This document shows, piece by piece, positions 20,240-29,933 of a stretch of 64,000 nt of DNA. A program made the position numbers and the translations under genes. How positions within the stretch are numbered: the first letter of the stretch is position 1; each line of letters begins with the position of its first letter. A model generated the notes under the pieces. That model was not told the origin of the DNA and searched no databases. It saw nothing but the letters and a program-made list of their open reading frames with translations. The DNA lies in NCBI GenBank assembly GCA_965217185.1, contig OZ244252.1, positions 448,001 to 512,000 of the forward strand, read 5' to 3'. Source of the stretch: an uncultured Candidatus Entotheonella sp. Lineage in GTDB: Bacteria > Tectomicrobia > Entotheonellia > Entotheonellales > Entotheonellaceae.

Positions 20240-21580
20240 CTAGCTGTGCCGCCGATAGAGCCGTTTCATCTGCGTTTCCGCTTTCTTCACCGCTTGCTCC
20301 GCCGTCATCCTGTCGGTGGCGCAAGCCGCCGCGGTGTCGGGGATGATGAACTGCCGCCACACGGTCTCGGAGGCGGCATTCGGGGTGCCCGGCCAACCCG
20401 GGGCGTGTGTGTACCAGCCAATGTACGGCGCGAAATAGTATTTGGAGTTCGACGCGTAAATCGGGTGCATGGAGAAGGCACGCATCAGCGGTTGGTTGTA
20501 GCCCTCGCTGGCGGTCAGGTGTTTCTCCTGCTGATCCTTCTGGAAGTGGAAGTCCAGAAACTCCTTGGCGAGTTCCTGATTCTGGGAGAACTTCCAGACG
20601 CCGATGGTGTTATAGGCTGCCGACATGTGGCGCCCGGCAGGCCCGGCTGGCGGCATGATGTGATTGATGACCTGATGGACCGGGCGCTCGGTGCCGGGTA
20701 TCAGCGCATTATCGGTGCGCGCCGAATTGTAGGCGCTGATCGGGTTGAGGATCATGCTGCACTTGCCGGAATTGAGGCACACGTTGTTGTTGCGGTCGTC
20801 CCAGGCCAGCACTTCCTCTTCCATGGCGTCGTTGAACAGGGCTTTGACGAATTTGTACGCCTCGACCGTCTCCGGCGAGTTGATCGCTACGGTCTTGCTG
20901 TCCTCTTCCACCAGCTTGCCACCCCAACTCCAGATGATTCCGCGCAGGATGTGGTTGGCGTCTTCCGAGTGGCTCAACTGGATGCCGATGGGGTGTCCCT
21001 TGGCCTTCAACTGCATGCCGATGCGGCGGACATCTTCCCAGGTGTTCGGCATCGTTTCGCCAATCTCGGCGATGAGGTCGGTGCGCACGGCAATGGGGAA
21101 GGAAATGAAGAACCACGGCATCGCCCGGTAGTGACCCTCGCCGTCGCGCCCAACGATGTCGTCCGTCAATCCGCCGGCGCGTCGACCCACCTTTTCGACC
21201 AGATCGTCGAGGTTGATCAGGTGCTTCTTGTACAGGTCCGGCATGCCGACCCACAGGGAAGTGAGGTCGTGTCCCTTTTGTCCCTGCACCTCACTGGCCA
21301 GCACCGCCGGGAGCTGCAAGTGCGCCACGCGGTCCATACGCACCTTGACGCCGGCCATCTGGCCGAACTCTTCGAGTTGCCGCTTGAGCTCCGCGTCGGA
21401 GGTGGGCACGAAGTGCGAGAACGTGATCAGCCGGAGCTCACGGTCCTGCCCGATGGCCGGAGGCGTTTTGGCGAGCAGCATGCCGGCGACCCCGGCAGAG
21501 GTTGCCACCGATGAACGTAAGAAGCTGCGCCGAGAGGCGGGACCAGTCAAACGGGTCGTCATCTCGTAGGGCGTTACCAT
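20240..21580 (-). CDS. ABC transporter extracellular solute-binding protein, Tat-exported
   Basis: SRRSFL twin-Arg signal; sugar-binding family features; upstream of two permeases. Confidence 0.9.
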   Translation of the reverse strand: MVTPYEMTTRLTGPASRRSFLRSSVATSAGVAGMLLAKTPPAIGQDRELRLITFSHFVPTSDAELKRQLEEFGQMAGVKVRMDRVAHLQLPAVLASEVQGQKGHDLTSLWVGMPDLYKKHLINLDDLVEKVGRRAGGLTDDIVGRDGEGHYRAMPWFFISFPIAVRTDLIAEIGETMPNTWEDVRRIGMQLKAKGHPIGIQLSHSEDANHILRGIIWSWGGKLVEEDSKTVAINSPETVEAYKFVKALFNDAMEEEVLAWDDRNNNVCLNSGKCSMILNPISAYNSARTDNALIPGTERPVHQVINHIMPPAGPAGRHMSAAYNTIGVWKFSQNQELAKEFLDFHFQKDQQEKHLTASEGYNQPLMRAFSMHPIYASNSKYYFAPYIGWYTHAPGWPGTPNAASETVWRQFIIPDTAAACATDRMTAEQAVKKAETQMKRLYRRHS

Positions 21581-21657
21581 ACGACTTCTCCAGAAGTTTG
21601 AGGATGTTGGCTCGAGTTGGGGAATCCTGATTCTATAGCATGGCGGCTTTGGGCGTG

Positions 21658-21999
21658 TCAATCGCTATCCCGCGACGATTGCGGCCTCCCGGCGGCCTTG
21701 AATTCCGCCTCGGTTTGAAGCCGTCCGCCCCGGATCTGGCGCTCGACGATTTGCATGCGGCGGTCGAACCCTAATGTGACACTGATGCGCTGGAAGCAGC
21801 GGTCGCCGACCACGTCTTTGTGCACGGTGTAAGCGGGCCCTTCCTCGCCGGGGTCGAGAAGGTTGCTGGCCATGTCGTAACGGCGGTCGACGCGCACGCG
21901 GATGGCTTCGCCACAGCGGTCGCAGGTCAGATATAGCCACAAGGCGTTGTCCGCTTCCTGTCGTGGGGACCGTGCAAACAGGCTCCGCAACCAGCGCAT
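21658..21999 (-). CDS. Hypothetical protein with CxxC (zinc-ribbon-like)
   Basis: LTCDRCGEAIRVRVD; RBS GAGGAG; co-oriented with neighbours. Confidence 0.7.
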   Translation of the reverse strand: MRWLRSLFARSPRQEADNALWLYLTCDRCGEAIRVRVDRRYDMASNLLDPGEEGPAYTVHKDVVGDRCFQRISVTLGFDRRMQIVERQIRGGRLQTEAEFKAAGRPQSSRDSD

Positions 22000-22032
22000 C
22001 GCGTCACTCCTCACGGTTGCCGTCAAACGGCA

Positions 22033-23082
22033 TCAATTGACCGTGACCCCGTACTCCGTCGCCGCCGACTTGATCTGGCTCCAGGTCTCGTCGTCAACCA
22101 CAATGCCGTTGGCGCGGCGGGCCTGTTCCTGGCGGCTTTCGATCTCGCCGGGTAGCAAGATTTCGCTGAACCCTTCCATGGTCTTGGCGCTCTTGACGTA
22201 AGCCGCAAAAGTGTCTACCTCGCGGATGAATTCCTCCAGCGGGGTGAATGCCGAGATGTTGAGCACCAGCATGAACACGCCGTTGCCGCTGCGCGTCGGG
22301 TCGGGGCGGGCGCAGCCGGCCCGCGTCAACGCACCGCTGAGGATTTCGACGATGAGCGCCAAGCCGTAACCCTTGTGCCCTTCGGTCAGTCCGCCGAGGG
22401 GCAAAATGGCGCCGCGCGGCGTGGTGTAGAGATCGTTCGGGTCCGTGGTCGGGACGCCCTGATTGTTGACCAGCCAGCCTATGGGTGTCGGCAGTCCCTG
22501 GTTGCGCTTCACCCGCACCTTGCCTTCCGCCACCACGCTGGTGGCGATGTCGAGGACGATCGGCCCACCCTGTCCGGTGGGAATGCCAACGGAGATGGGA
22601 TTGGTCACCATGCGGCCCTCGGCGCCGCCGAAGGGCGCGACAATGGCGCCGGCGCCGTGGCCGTTGACCATGGTGATGCCGACCATGCCGCGCGCCGCGG
22701 CCATGGCGGGATACTCGCCCAGGCGTCCGATGTGATTGCAGTTGTGAATCCCCACCGAGCTGACCGCCTGATTCTCGGCCCTGTCAATTGCTATTTCCAT
22801 GGCTCGCGTCCCAGCCGTCTGGCCGTAACCCCAATTGGCGTTCAGCAGCACTGTCGCAGGCGTTTCCTGTACCACGTCCAAGTCCGCGTCGGGCACGCAG
22901 TTGCCTTTCTGGACGTCGGCCAGATACTGCGGGATGCGGATGACGCCGTGGGAGTCGTGTCCCATCAGATTGGCCGTCACCAGATAACGGCTGATCAGGC
23001 CCGCTTCCTCGTCCGAGGAGCCGGCGCCCTGGAAAATACGTTTGCTCGTTGCTTCGAGTTCTTCCGCCTGCAAAGTTGGCAT
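22033..23082 (-). CDS. Ldh_2 family oxidoreductase (malate/L-lactate/L-sulfolactate dehydrogenase type)
   Basis: GHDSHGV, HIGRLGEY, TNPIS, LDIATS, GHKGYGLAL, LPGEIE. Confidence 0.92.
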   Translation of the reverse strand: MPTLQAEELEATSKRIFQGAGSSDEEAGLISRYLVTANLMGHDSHGVIRIPQYLADVQKGNCVPDADLDVVQETPATVLLNANWGYGQTAGTRAMEIAIDRAENQAVSSVGIHNCNHIGRLGEYPAMAAARGMVGITMVNGHGAGAIVAPFGGAEGRMVTNPISVGIPTGQGGPIVLDIATSVVAEGKVRVKRNQGLPTPIGWLVNNQGVPTTDPNDLYTTPRGAILPLGGLTEGHKGYGLALIVEILSGALTRAGCARPDPTRSGNGVFMLVLNISAFTPLEEFIREVDTFAAYVKSAKTMEGFSEILLPGEIESRQEQARRANGIVVDDETWSQIKSAATEYGVTVN

Positions 23083-23196
23083 GCGTAGGTCCTTCCTGAA
23101 TATGTCGGAGGAGTAAGAGTTGTGTGGGGTAATGTGCGGGCAGTGTAACAGGGCGACTCCGGCGCGGCAACAGCCCGGCACCGGGTTTGCGCGGGC

Positions 23197-23841
23197 TCAG
23201 AACAAGCCCCAAACGGCTCCCTTCAGCCACACGTAGCCTTTGTACCCGAAGAAGATGATCAGCAGGGAAATGAAGAGCGCCAGCAGGCTGCACAGAATTC
23301 CGGCGAGCAGCAGCACGCCGTCGTCTTCCAGCAGCGAGAAGCCGATGAGGAAAATGCCGAACGCCGGTGCCGTGTTGGTTCCCGGTATCGGCAGCAGCAT
23401 GGAGCATGCCAGTGCGCAGATGATGAAGCCGATGACGGCGCGCATCGCCGGCGCCCGCACCAGCCCGATGAGGCGGGGGCTGGAAAACCGTTCGACAACC
23501 TGCACGAGGCGCAGCATGGCGTCCACCACGCGGCGGTTGAAGCCGGCGGTGTTGAAGGGCCGTTGCCGAAGTCTGGCGGGCAGCCAGAGATTGTCGTATC
23601 CCGCCAGCAGGCGCAGGCCGATGATCAGGAGTGGGACCGACAGCAGAGTAGAGTACCCGGCCGCCGGCAAGGGCAGCGCCGCCGGGACGGAGAACAGGAT
23701 CAGAATGACGGCCATGCCGTGGCGGTCGAGCTCCTCAACCAGCTCGCCGCAGGTGATGGGGTTTCGGTCGGGGTCAAAGACATGCTCGATGATGTTGGAG
23801 AGCGCTGGCTTCACGTCACGAATCCTGTGGATTTTGAGCAA
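23197..23841 (-). CDS. exoD: Exopolysaccharide synthesis ExoD family membrane protein
   Basis: LPLPAAGYST, LWLP, LPIPGTNTAPA, EDDG. Confidence 0.85.
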   Translation of the reverse strand: MLKIHRIRDVKPALSNIIEHVFDPDRNPITCGELVEELDRHGMAVILILFSVPAALPLPAAGYSTLLSVPLLIIGLRLLAGYDNLWLPARLRQRPFNTAGFNRRVVDAMLRLVQVVERFSSPRLIGLVRAPAMRAVIGFIICALACSMLLPIPGTNTAPAFGIFLIGFSLLEDDGVLLLAGILCSLLALFISLLIIFFGYKGYVWLKGAVWGLF

Positions 23842-23918
23842 GTTCAGGATGGGTCGGAAAGGGGCTGTGTCTTGTAGGGGCGTTTGCCCCGTTTGGGAGC
23901 TTCGTGTATAGTCCGCGC

Positions 23919-24296
23919 ATGGACCGTAACACCCGACAACGCCAAGCGATACGCCGGATTTTTGAAGAAGCCGACCGTCCTCTGAGCCCCCAAGAAGTGC
24001 TTCCGGCCGCCCAATCTTACGTGCCGGGACTGGGTATCGCCACGGTGTACCGCAGCCTCAAAGCGCTGGTTGCAGATGGCTGGTTGGAGTCGGTTGCTCT
24101 GCCCCGTGAACCGCCGCGCTACGAGGTGGCAGGCAAGCGGCACCACCACCACTTCCGCTGCCGCACCTGCGATCGCGTCTTCGAGATCGATGGCTGTTCT
24201 ACGAATCTGGTACAACTCACCCCGCGTGGTTTCCGCCTGGAAGGCCATGATGTCGTGCTTTACGGACTCTGTACCGCCTGCGCCAAAATTGCGTAA
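23919..24296 (+). CDS. Fur-family transcriptional repressor
   Basis: TRQRQAI, GIATVYRSL, HHHHFRCRTC, GLCTAC. Confidence 0.92.
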   Translation: MDRNTRQRQAIRRIFEEADRPLSPQEVLPAAQSYVPGLGIATVYRSLKALVADGWLESVALPREPPRYEVAGKRHHHHFRCRTCDRVFEIDGCSTNLVQLTPRGFRLEGHDVVLYGLCTACAKIA

Positions 24297-24315
24297 GGCC
24301 AGGGTCGGTGCCGTC

Positions 24316-24633
24316 TCAAGCTGAAGTCCGAAAAGCGTTGGTCGCGGTAACCAGGGCTGGCGTCCCGCCGAACAGATAGGCCACTTCCACCGTTTCCGTT
24401 ATTTCCGCCTCAGAAGCCCCTGCCGCCCGGGCGCGGTTGGCGATGGTGGCGACTCCTTCCGGGTGCGCCATGATGGCGTCAACGAGCATGGTCATGAGGA
24501 TTTTGTACTTGGCCGGGATGGCCCCGTCCGCAAGTATCCGCTGCCGCTGGGCAAGATACGTGTCACTGAATTCGGGGGAGTGCTGCTGCAGACCGGCAAT
24601 CCATTCCGGTAGGGCGTTCTGGTCCATCGTCAT
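24316..24633 (-). CDS. Carboxymuconolactone decarboxylase (AhpD-like) family protein
   Basis: DGAIPAKYKIL...ARAAGASEAEITETVEVAYLFGG; start could be 24627. Confidence 0.8.
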   Translation of the reverse strand: MTMDQNALPEWIAGLQQHSPEFSDTYLAQRQRILADGAIPAKYKILMTMLVDAIMAHPEGVATIANRARAAGASEAEITETVEVAYLFGGTPALVTATNAFRTSA

Positions 24634-24662
24634 GTTTCCTATATGGATGCGGGGATTGGTCA

Positions 24663-26207
24663 TTGGATACGCCAAAGGCTCCGAACCTAGGGGGTTCCCC
24701 AGCGGAAGTCAAGCGTGGGGAGCCCTATGGATGGCCCGCAGCGAGCGGCTGGGAGCCGAACGATGGTTGGGTGGCTGAAGCGCCGCTCGACTGGCAACGT
24801 CTGATCCCGGAAAAGCTGCTGCACTGTCTCTGGTTCGATCCCCGCTGGCGTCCCACCGCCTTGCGCACCCTGGATGGCCAACCCATTACCGTGCACTCCC
24901 CCGGACGCTGGAACGTCCACCCCGGCCCCGACTTTCAGCAGGCCACCATCACCTTCGCCGATGGCGAGCGATGCCGCGGCGACGTGGAAATCCACCGTTA
25001 CGCCTCCGGCTGGACGGCCCACCGGCATCACGCCGACCCGCGTTACAACAACGTGATGCTGCACGTATTTCTGTGGAATGACCGCAAGAATCAGGTGGCC
25101 GTGCGGGCCGACGGACAGACCGTCCCGCAAGTCGCCCTGGAACACTGCCTGCCACGCCCTCTGCTAACATATCGCACCGACGTTGTCCTGGAAGACTATC
25201 CGCGCAAGAATGTGCCCGTTCCTGGCCGCTGCTACGAAGCCTTGCGGCGCCTGGAGCCTGGGCAGGTGCGTGCCTTTCTGGACCGTGCCGGCGACGTGCG
25301 GCTGCGGCAGCGTATGTGGCGATGGGCGCCGCGGGTGTCAGAAGCGGGTCTGGAACAGGCCGCGTACGAGGCGGTGCTGCGGGGACTGGGCTCGACGGGG
25401 CATCGGCAGCATTTCCAGGAACTGGCCAGCACCGTTTCCTGGCGGGAAGCGCAGCACTGCCTGGACGGCGTGCCGGCATCAGCGCGCCGACTGGCCGCCG
25501 AGGCGTTGCTCCTTGGCGTGGCGGGGCTGCTTCCCGACCTCGACCACACCGGCCGCTTTGACGACGACACCCAGCGCTACGTTGGAGACTTGTATGAGCA
25601 TTGGCTTGGTTTCCCCGCCACCATCCGGCAACGTGCCTGGCACACGGTCAACTGGCGTCAGCCCAACGTGCGCCCGGCCAACAGCCCCGAACGCCGTCTG
25701 GCGGGAATGGCCTGCCTGCTGGACGCCTGTCACGGTACGACGTTAATAGACACCGGCGTATCGCTGTGCAGCAGTTTGGCAGCCGACAACGCCAAGCCCC
25801 GCGAGCTTTGCGACGCCTTGACCGCCCTGCTGACCTGCGGCGAGCCGTCGTACTGGACCCGTAGGCCGCGTTTCGGAAGCCGCCAAGGGCGCTCGCAGCA
25901 TCTCATCGGCGCCGGGCGGGCACTCACGGTCGTCGTGGACGCCCTCTTGCCCATGCTGCTGCTCTTCGTCCAACACCGCGCTGATACGTCCCTGCGGGAG
26001 ACGGTCCTGGCCTGTTACGAAGCGGCGCCGCGCCTGCCGGACAACCATGCGCTGCGCTACATGGCGCGCCGCCTGCTGGGAGATGACCCATCGCTGTTGT
26101 CCCTGGTTGCGGGGGCGCGCCAACAGCAGGGCCTGTTGCAGTTACTGAACGATTACTGCGGCAACGATGAGGGGGATTGCCAGGGGTGCGACTTCCCGCT
26201 TCATTAG
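24663..26207 (+). CDS. DUF2851 family protein
   Basis: PGPDF, GDVEIH, HHADPRYNNVMLHV, RPANSPERRLA, C-terminal QGLLQL..YC...C..C; start uncertain. Confidence 0.8.
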   Translation: MDTPKAPNLGGSPAEVKRGEPYGWPAASGWEPNDGWVAEAPLDWQRLIPEKLLHCLWFDPRWRPTALRTLDGQPITVHSPGRWNVHPGPDFQQATITFADGERCRGDVEIHRYASGWTAHRHHADPRYNNVMLHVFLWNDRKNQVAVRADGQTVPQVALEHCLPRPLLTYRTDVVLEDYPRKNVPVPGRCYEALRRLEPGQVRAFLDRAGDVRLRQRMWRWAPRVSEAGLEQAAYEAVLRGLGSTGHRQHFQELASTVSWREAQHCLDGVPASARRLAAEALLLGVAGLLPDLDHTGRFDDDTQRYVGDLYEHWLGFPATIRQRAWHTVNWRQPNVRPANSPERRLAGMACLLDACHGTTLIDTGVSLCSSLAADNAKPRELCDALTALLTCGEPSYWTRRPRFGSRQGRSQHLIGAGRALTVVVDALLPMLLLFVQHRADTSLRETVLACYEAAPRLPDNHALRYMARRLLGDDPSLLSLVAGARQQQGLLQLLNDYCGNDEGDCQGCDFPLH

Positions 26208-26342
26208 GGGTGCCGATTCCTTGTTGGCGTTGGGTCTGATTCACGGAACCTGGGGAACCTGGGGTAGGCGTCGGCTGGAGCTACCTGAGAAGACCAGTGC
26301 TATTGCGGACACTGTGGCAACAAATCTGGCGAGTGGCGAGGC

Positions 26343-27122
26343 CTATAGGTCGGTTCGCAAAAGTGACGGTTGTCTGGGAGGGCGCTGCGGGTGTCGATTG
26401 GTTTCTTCTTCCGACTTTCTCTCGGAATGTTTTCTGTTGTGATCATTAACAAACTGGCGAAGGGCGTGCTTGGTGATTGAGACAAGCTCATCGGGAGCCT
26501 GTTGGGCTTTCAGTCCGGGATAGAACTGCGAAGCCAGAAACCGCACAAAGTCCTGGGAGGGATCGTCCAATTGTCTATTCAGGAACAGTTTGATTTCACG
26601 TGTGTACTTCAGATCACTGGCTGTCGAGAGCAATCCGTCGAGATTGAAACTCGGTTTGGTTATCTTTCCGAGTTCGTCGAGAAGTGATTCCTCTATATCC
26701 AGCAGGTTGAGTTCCAGAAATGGCCCGGAATCCATCTGGTTCGTCCTTTCCAAGTCAGAAAAGAAGCGATACACAATGCCATTGGTTAAGACAGCCAGAC
26801 GAGCTTCCGTGACGGAGAAGTAACGGTAAAGCTGGGTCGTATGGTGGTTGTCGTTGAGTTTGTTGTTGCACGGCTTGCACTCAATCAAGATGACTGGCTT
26901 GTCGCCATGCAAGATTGCGTAATCGACCTTCTCCCCGCTTTTGATCCCGACGCTATCAACCTTGTATTCCGGCACAACTTCGCTCGGATCTTCCACATCG
27001 TATCCGAGCAACTTGATAAACGGTATGACAAAAGCGTGCTTCGTCGCCTCTTCAGACTCGACATGCTCGCGCCGAAGTTCGATCTTGGCCACAAGCTCTT
27101 TTAATTCATTCAAGAGATCCAT
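26343..27122 (-). CDS. Type I restriction enzyme HsdR N-terminal-like (PD-(D/E)xK) domain protein
   Basis: EEATKHAFVIPF, EVVPEY, GEKVDYAI, ILIECK, QLYRYF, LTNGIVYRFF. Confidence 0.85.
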   Translation of the reverse strand: MDLLNELKELVAKIELRREHVESEEATKHAFVIPFIKLLGYDVEDPSEVVPEYKVDSVGIKSGEKVDYAILHGDKPVILIECKPCNNKLNDNHHTTQLYRYFSVTEARLAVLTNGIVYRFFSDLERTNQMDSGPFLELNLLDIEESLLDELGKITKPSFNLDGLLSTASDLKYTREIKLFLNRQLDDPSQDFVRFLASQFYPGLKAQQAPDELVSITKHALRQFVNDHNRKHSERKSEEETNRHPQRPPRQPSLLRTDL

Positions 27123-27184
27123 AGCCGTTTTCCCTTCCCGCGTAGGTCTTCATCCTTCTTGTTGTTGGGTTTGGGTGCCCATGT

Positions 27185-27889
27185 CTACGTCGTCCGCCGC
27201 AGGTCCCGGAGTTGGGCTTCCAAAGCTTGCCGGGCTGCCTGTTCTTCCCGCAGGCGGGCTTCGGCTTGTTCGCGTGCTTGCGCTTCTTCCCGATAGGTCC
27301 GAAGGGGCGCTTGGCGCACAGGATCATAAAAATGCAGCGCCTCCCGCACCGGTGCTCCTGGTGTCAGGTGTAACTCCAGGTGCAGCGCCTCGCTGCGGGC
27401 CGTCAGGGTGCCGTCTTCCCGTACTGTAGCGGGTGTCGGCTCATATTGGCCCTCGACGAGCTGGAAGCCCTGCAGGGGCGGGCTGAGGTAGTTTCCCGCC
27501 GGGTCGCACTGCCAGTATTCCGACACCCCCATCCGCGCGTAAATACCGTGTTTCTCGCCCTGATCAATCCGATACGTACTTTCGGAGGCGATTTCCAGAA
27601 CGAAGTCCGGCGCCTTCGGTTCTTCCCAGAGCCGATAGGAGGAACGGATATGCTTAGGTGCGCCAAACACCACCATTAGATCCGGCGAAACCGACTTGCT
27701 GGTATCGCCTTCCTGGTAGTACACCAACAGATTACCGACGACGTACACGTCTTCATGTTCCCGGAAGTGCCAGTCCAAGGCGGAGCCGACATAGAGAATC
27801 GGCCAGAATTGGGATTCGTGTTCAGCCATGGGTAGCCCGTCCGAATCCGGATAGTCGATGGTTTGGGAAGTGACAACAGCGCGTGCCAT
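27185..27889 (-). CDS. Uma2 family endonuclease
   Basis: YPDSDGLPMAE, SPDLMVVFG, PDFVLEIASEST, GVSEYW. Confidence 0.92.
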   Translation of the reverse strand: MARAVVTSQTIDYPDSDGLPMAEHESQFWPILYVGSALDWHFREHEDVYVVGNLLVYYQEGDTSKSVSPDLMVVFGAPKHIRSSYRLWEEPKAPDFVLEIASESTYRIDQGEKHGIYARMGVSEYWQCDPAGNYLSPPLQGFQLVEGQYEPTPATVREDGTLTARSEALHLELHLTPGAPVREALHFYDPVRQAPLRTYREEAQAREQAEARLREEQAARQALEAQLRDLRRTT

Positions 27890-28025
27890 GTGACAGCCCT
27901 TTCCTACTGATGTTCAAGGGAGCTGGTATCCATCCAGGTCTACATCGTCCGTTCGTACGCAGCCTACTGCCATCCCTGTCGTGCGTGACTTTCCGCGCTG
28001 GGTTCCTGCTTGATGAAGCCCATAA

Positions 28026-28775
28026 TTAGGCGTGATACATCATCGCTGCCAAGGCCAGCACCAACGTCTCGCCCATCTCATTCGTCGCGCCCAGCACGTC
28101 CGCGGTGATACCGCCCAGGCGCTTGCGGAAATACGTCTGCAGGCCGAACGTTGCCAGGCTGACCAGGGTGCCGATCAGTACCCCGCCGACGCCGCCAAAG
28201 CACACGACGATGATGAGTGACCACGGCAGGGTGGCGGTGAAGTGGTCCCGCCGCCGGGCGCCGCGCACGAACGGCTCGCCGAACCCGCCGCCCGGACGCG
28301 CGTAGGCGGAGAAGCAGGCCACCTGAACCATCGCGTAACGGCTCAGGGTGCCGAGCAGCACCAACGTCATCAGCATGCCCTCGTCGGGCACGACGCTGAG
28401 GCAGGCGAACTTAATCAGCAGCACCAGCACCACGCTCATGGCGCCCATGGTGCCGAGGTGCTGTTCCTTGAAGATGCGGAGGGTCGTCTGGCGGTCGTGG
28501 CCACCGCTCAGGCCGTCCATGATGGTGGCGAGGCCGCTGAGGTGAACGCCGCCGGTTACCAGACAGAGGCCGACCAGGAGCAGGGCGGCCACCACCGGCG
28601 GCGGAAAGACGTACGCGAGCAACAGGTAGAGGCTCCATAACGCGCAGCCAATGCCGGCGCCGACGAGCGGGTAATACGCCATGGCGCTCCCGAACAGCTC
28701 CGGCGACCACGTATCCGTTGCCCGCAGCCGGTAGACCGTCAGGAGTCCCAGAGCGCGCCGTAAATCGTCAACCAT
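28026..28775 (-). CDS. cobS: Adenosylcobinamide-GDP ribazoletransferase (cobalamin synthase)
   Basis: YYPLVG, TGGVHLSGLA..DGL, GTMG, LGGITADVLGA; some usually conserved Asp positions differ. Confidence 0.85.
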   Translation of the reverse strand: MVDDLRRALGLLTVYRLRATDTWSPELFGSAMAYYPLVGAGIGCALWSLYLLLAYVFPPPVVAALLLVGLCLVTGGVHLSGLATIMDGLSGGHDRQTTLRIFKEQHLGTMGAMSVVLVLLIKFACLSVVPDEGMLMTLVLLGTLSRYAMVQVACFSAYARPGGGFGEPFVRGARRRDHFTATLPWSLIIVVCFGGVGGVLIGTLVSLATFGLQTYFRKRLGGITADVLGATNEMGETLVLALAAMMYHA

Positions 28776-28982
28776 AGCCTGTATCTCCTCTCGAATCCGG
28801 CGTTTATGTTAGAGGGCATGGCCGTTGCGGGCAAGGCCGAAGCATCGCGTCTGGAAAGTCCCCAGGCCGTCGGGTATTGCTCGCTGGCGCTCGTGTTACC
28901 CTATCGTACACGCTCAATTTTGCGCTTCGCTTGCTGTGGGCACACGAAACCCCCGCATCACCAAATCAGGAGGAGAAACGCC

Positions 28983-29888
28983 ATGCGCAAACCCGCCGTC
29001 AGCCTGGCCGCCGTTGCCGGGCGCCGACAGGCCACCTTGGAACTCGCTCAACGCCTCGAACAGGAAGGCTTCAGCGGCATTTATTGCCCGAGCTTCGGCG
29101 ATGGCATGGGGCTCTGCGAAGCCCTGGCCCTGGTGACCAAGGAGATTCCGTTTGGCACCAGTATCGCCAACATCTACACGCGCCACGCTTACGACTACGC
29201 CCTGAGCGCGACGCTCATTCACGAGTTGTCCGGCGGACGCTTCCGATTCGGCATTGGCGTCAGCCACGCGCCGGCGCACTCCCGCCTGAAGGTGCGGGTC
29301 GGCAAGCCATTGGGCGACATTCGGCAATTTGTGTCGGATTTGCAAACCGGCGCCCAGCGCAACGGCGATCTGCCGCCCATCGTGCTGGCCACCCTGCGCC
29401 GCAAGATGGTGCAGTTGGCGTCGGAAATCGCTCAGGGTGCGGTGTGGGCCAATGCCGCCCGCTCGCACGTGGCCGCGTCGCTCAGCCATCTGTCGCCGTC
29501 AGCCCGCCAGGACGCGGGGTTTTTCCTCGGCAACATGATTCCGATCTGTATCGACGACGACAAAGCCGCTGCCGCAGCTGTGAACCGGCGAACCCTCACC
29601 GGTTACGTGCGCCTGCCGAACTACCAGAATTACTGGATTGAAGCCGGGTTTGAAGACGAGATGCTGGCGATTCGGCAGACCATCGCCAACGGCGAGGACG
29701 ACAGGATTCCAGAACTCATGTCCGACCGCTGGCTGCAGCAGGTCACCCTTTACGGCAGCGCCGCCGAGGTGCGCGAGGGCGTGGAAGCCTGGTACGACGC
29801 GGGCATCAACACGCCCATCGTCGTGCCCTCGTCCACCAAGGGCGGCCAGATGGTCGCGTTTCAGGAACTGCTTGAAGCCTGGCGATGA
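28983..29888 (+). CDS. LLM-class flavin-dependent oxidoreductase
   Basis: RBS AGGAGGAG; FGTSIANIYTR, ELSGGRFRFGIGVSH. Confidence 0.9.
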   Translation: MRKPAVSLAAVAGRRQATLELAQRLEQEGFSGIYCPSFGDGMGLCEALALVTKEIPFGTSIANIYTRHAYDYALSATLIHELSGGRFRFGIGVSHAPAHSRLKVRVGKPLGDIRQFVSDLQTGAQRNGDLPPIVLATLRRKMVQLASEIAQGAVWANAARSHVAASLSHLSPSARQDAGFFLGNMIPICIDDDKAAAAAVNRRTLTGYVRLPNYQNYWIEAGFEDEMLAIRQTIANGEDDRIPELMSDRWLQQVTLYGSAAEVREGVEAWYDAGINTPIVVPSSTKGGQMVAFQELLEAWR

Positions 29889-29933
29889 GGGGAGGGTGGG
29901 CAGTTGGCAAGGCGGCGTCCGGTTTCTCGATGC

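Noticed and set aside
28776..28982. Cobalamin riboswitch upstream of cobS
   Set aside because: Could not find the conserved B12-box or GGGAA/GCCACTG-type elements.
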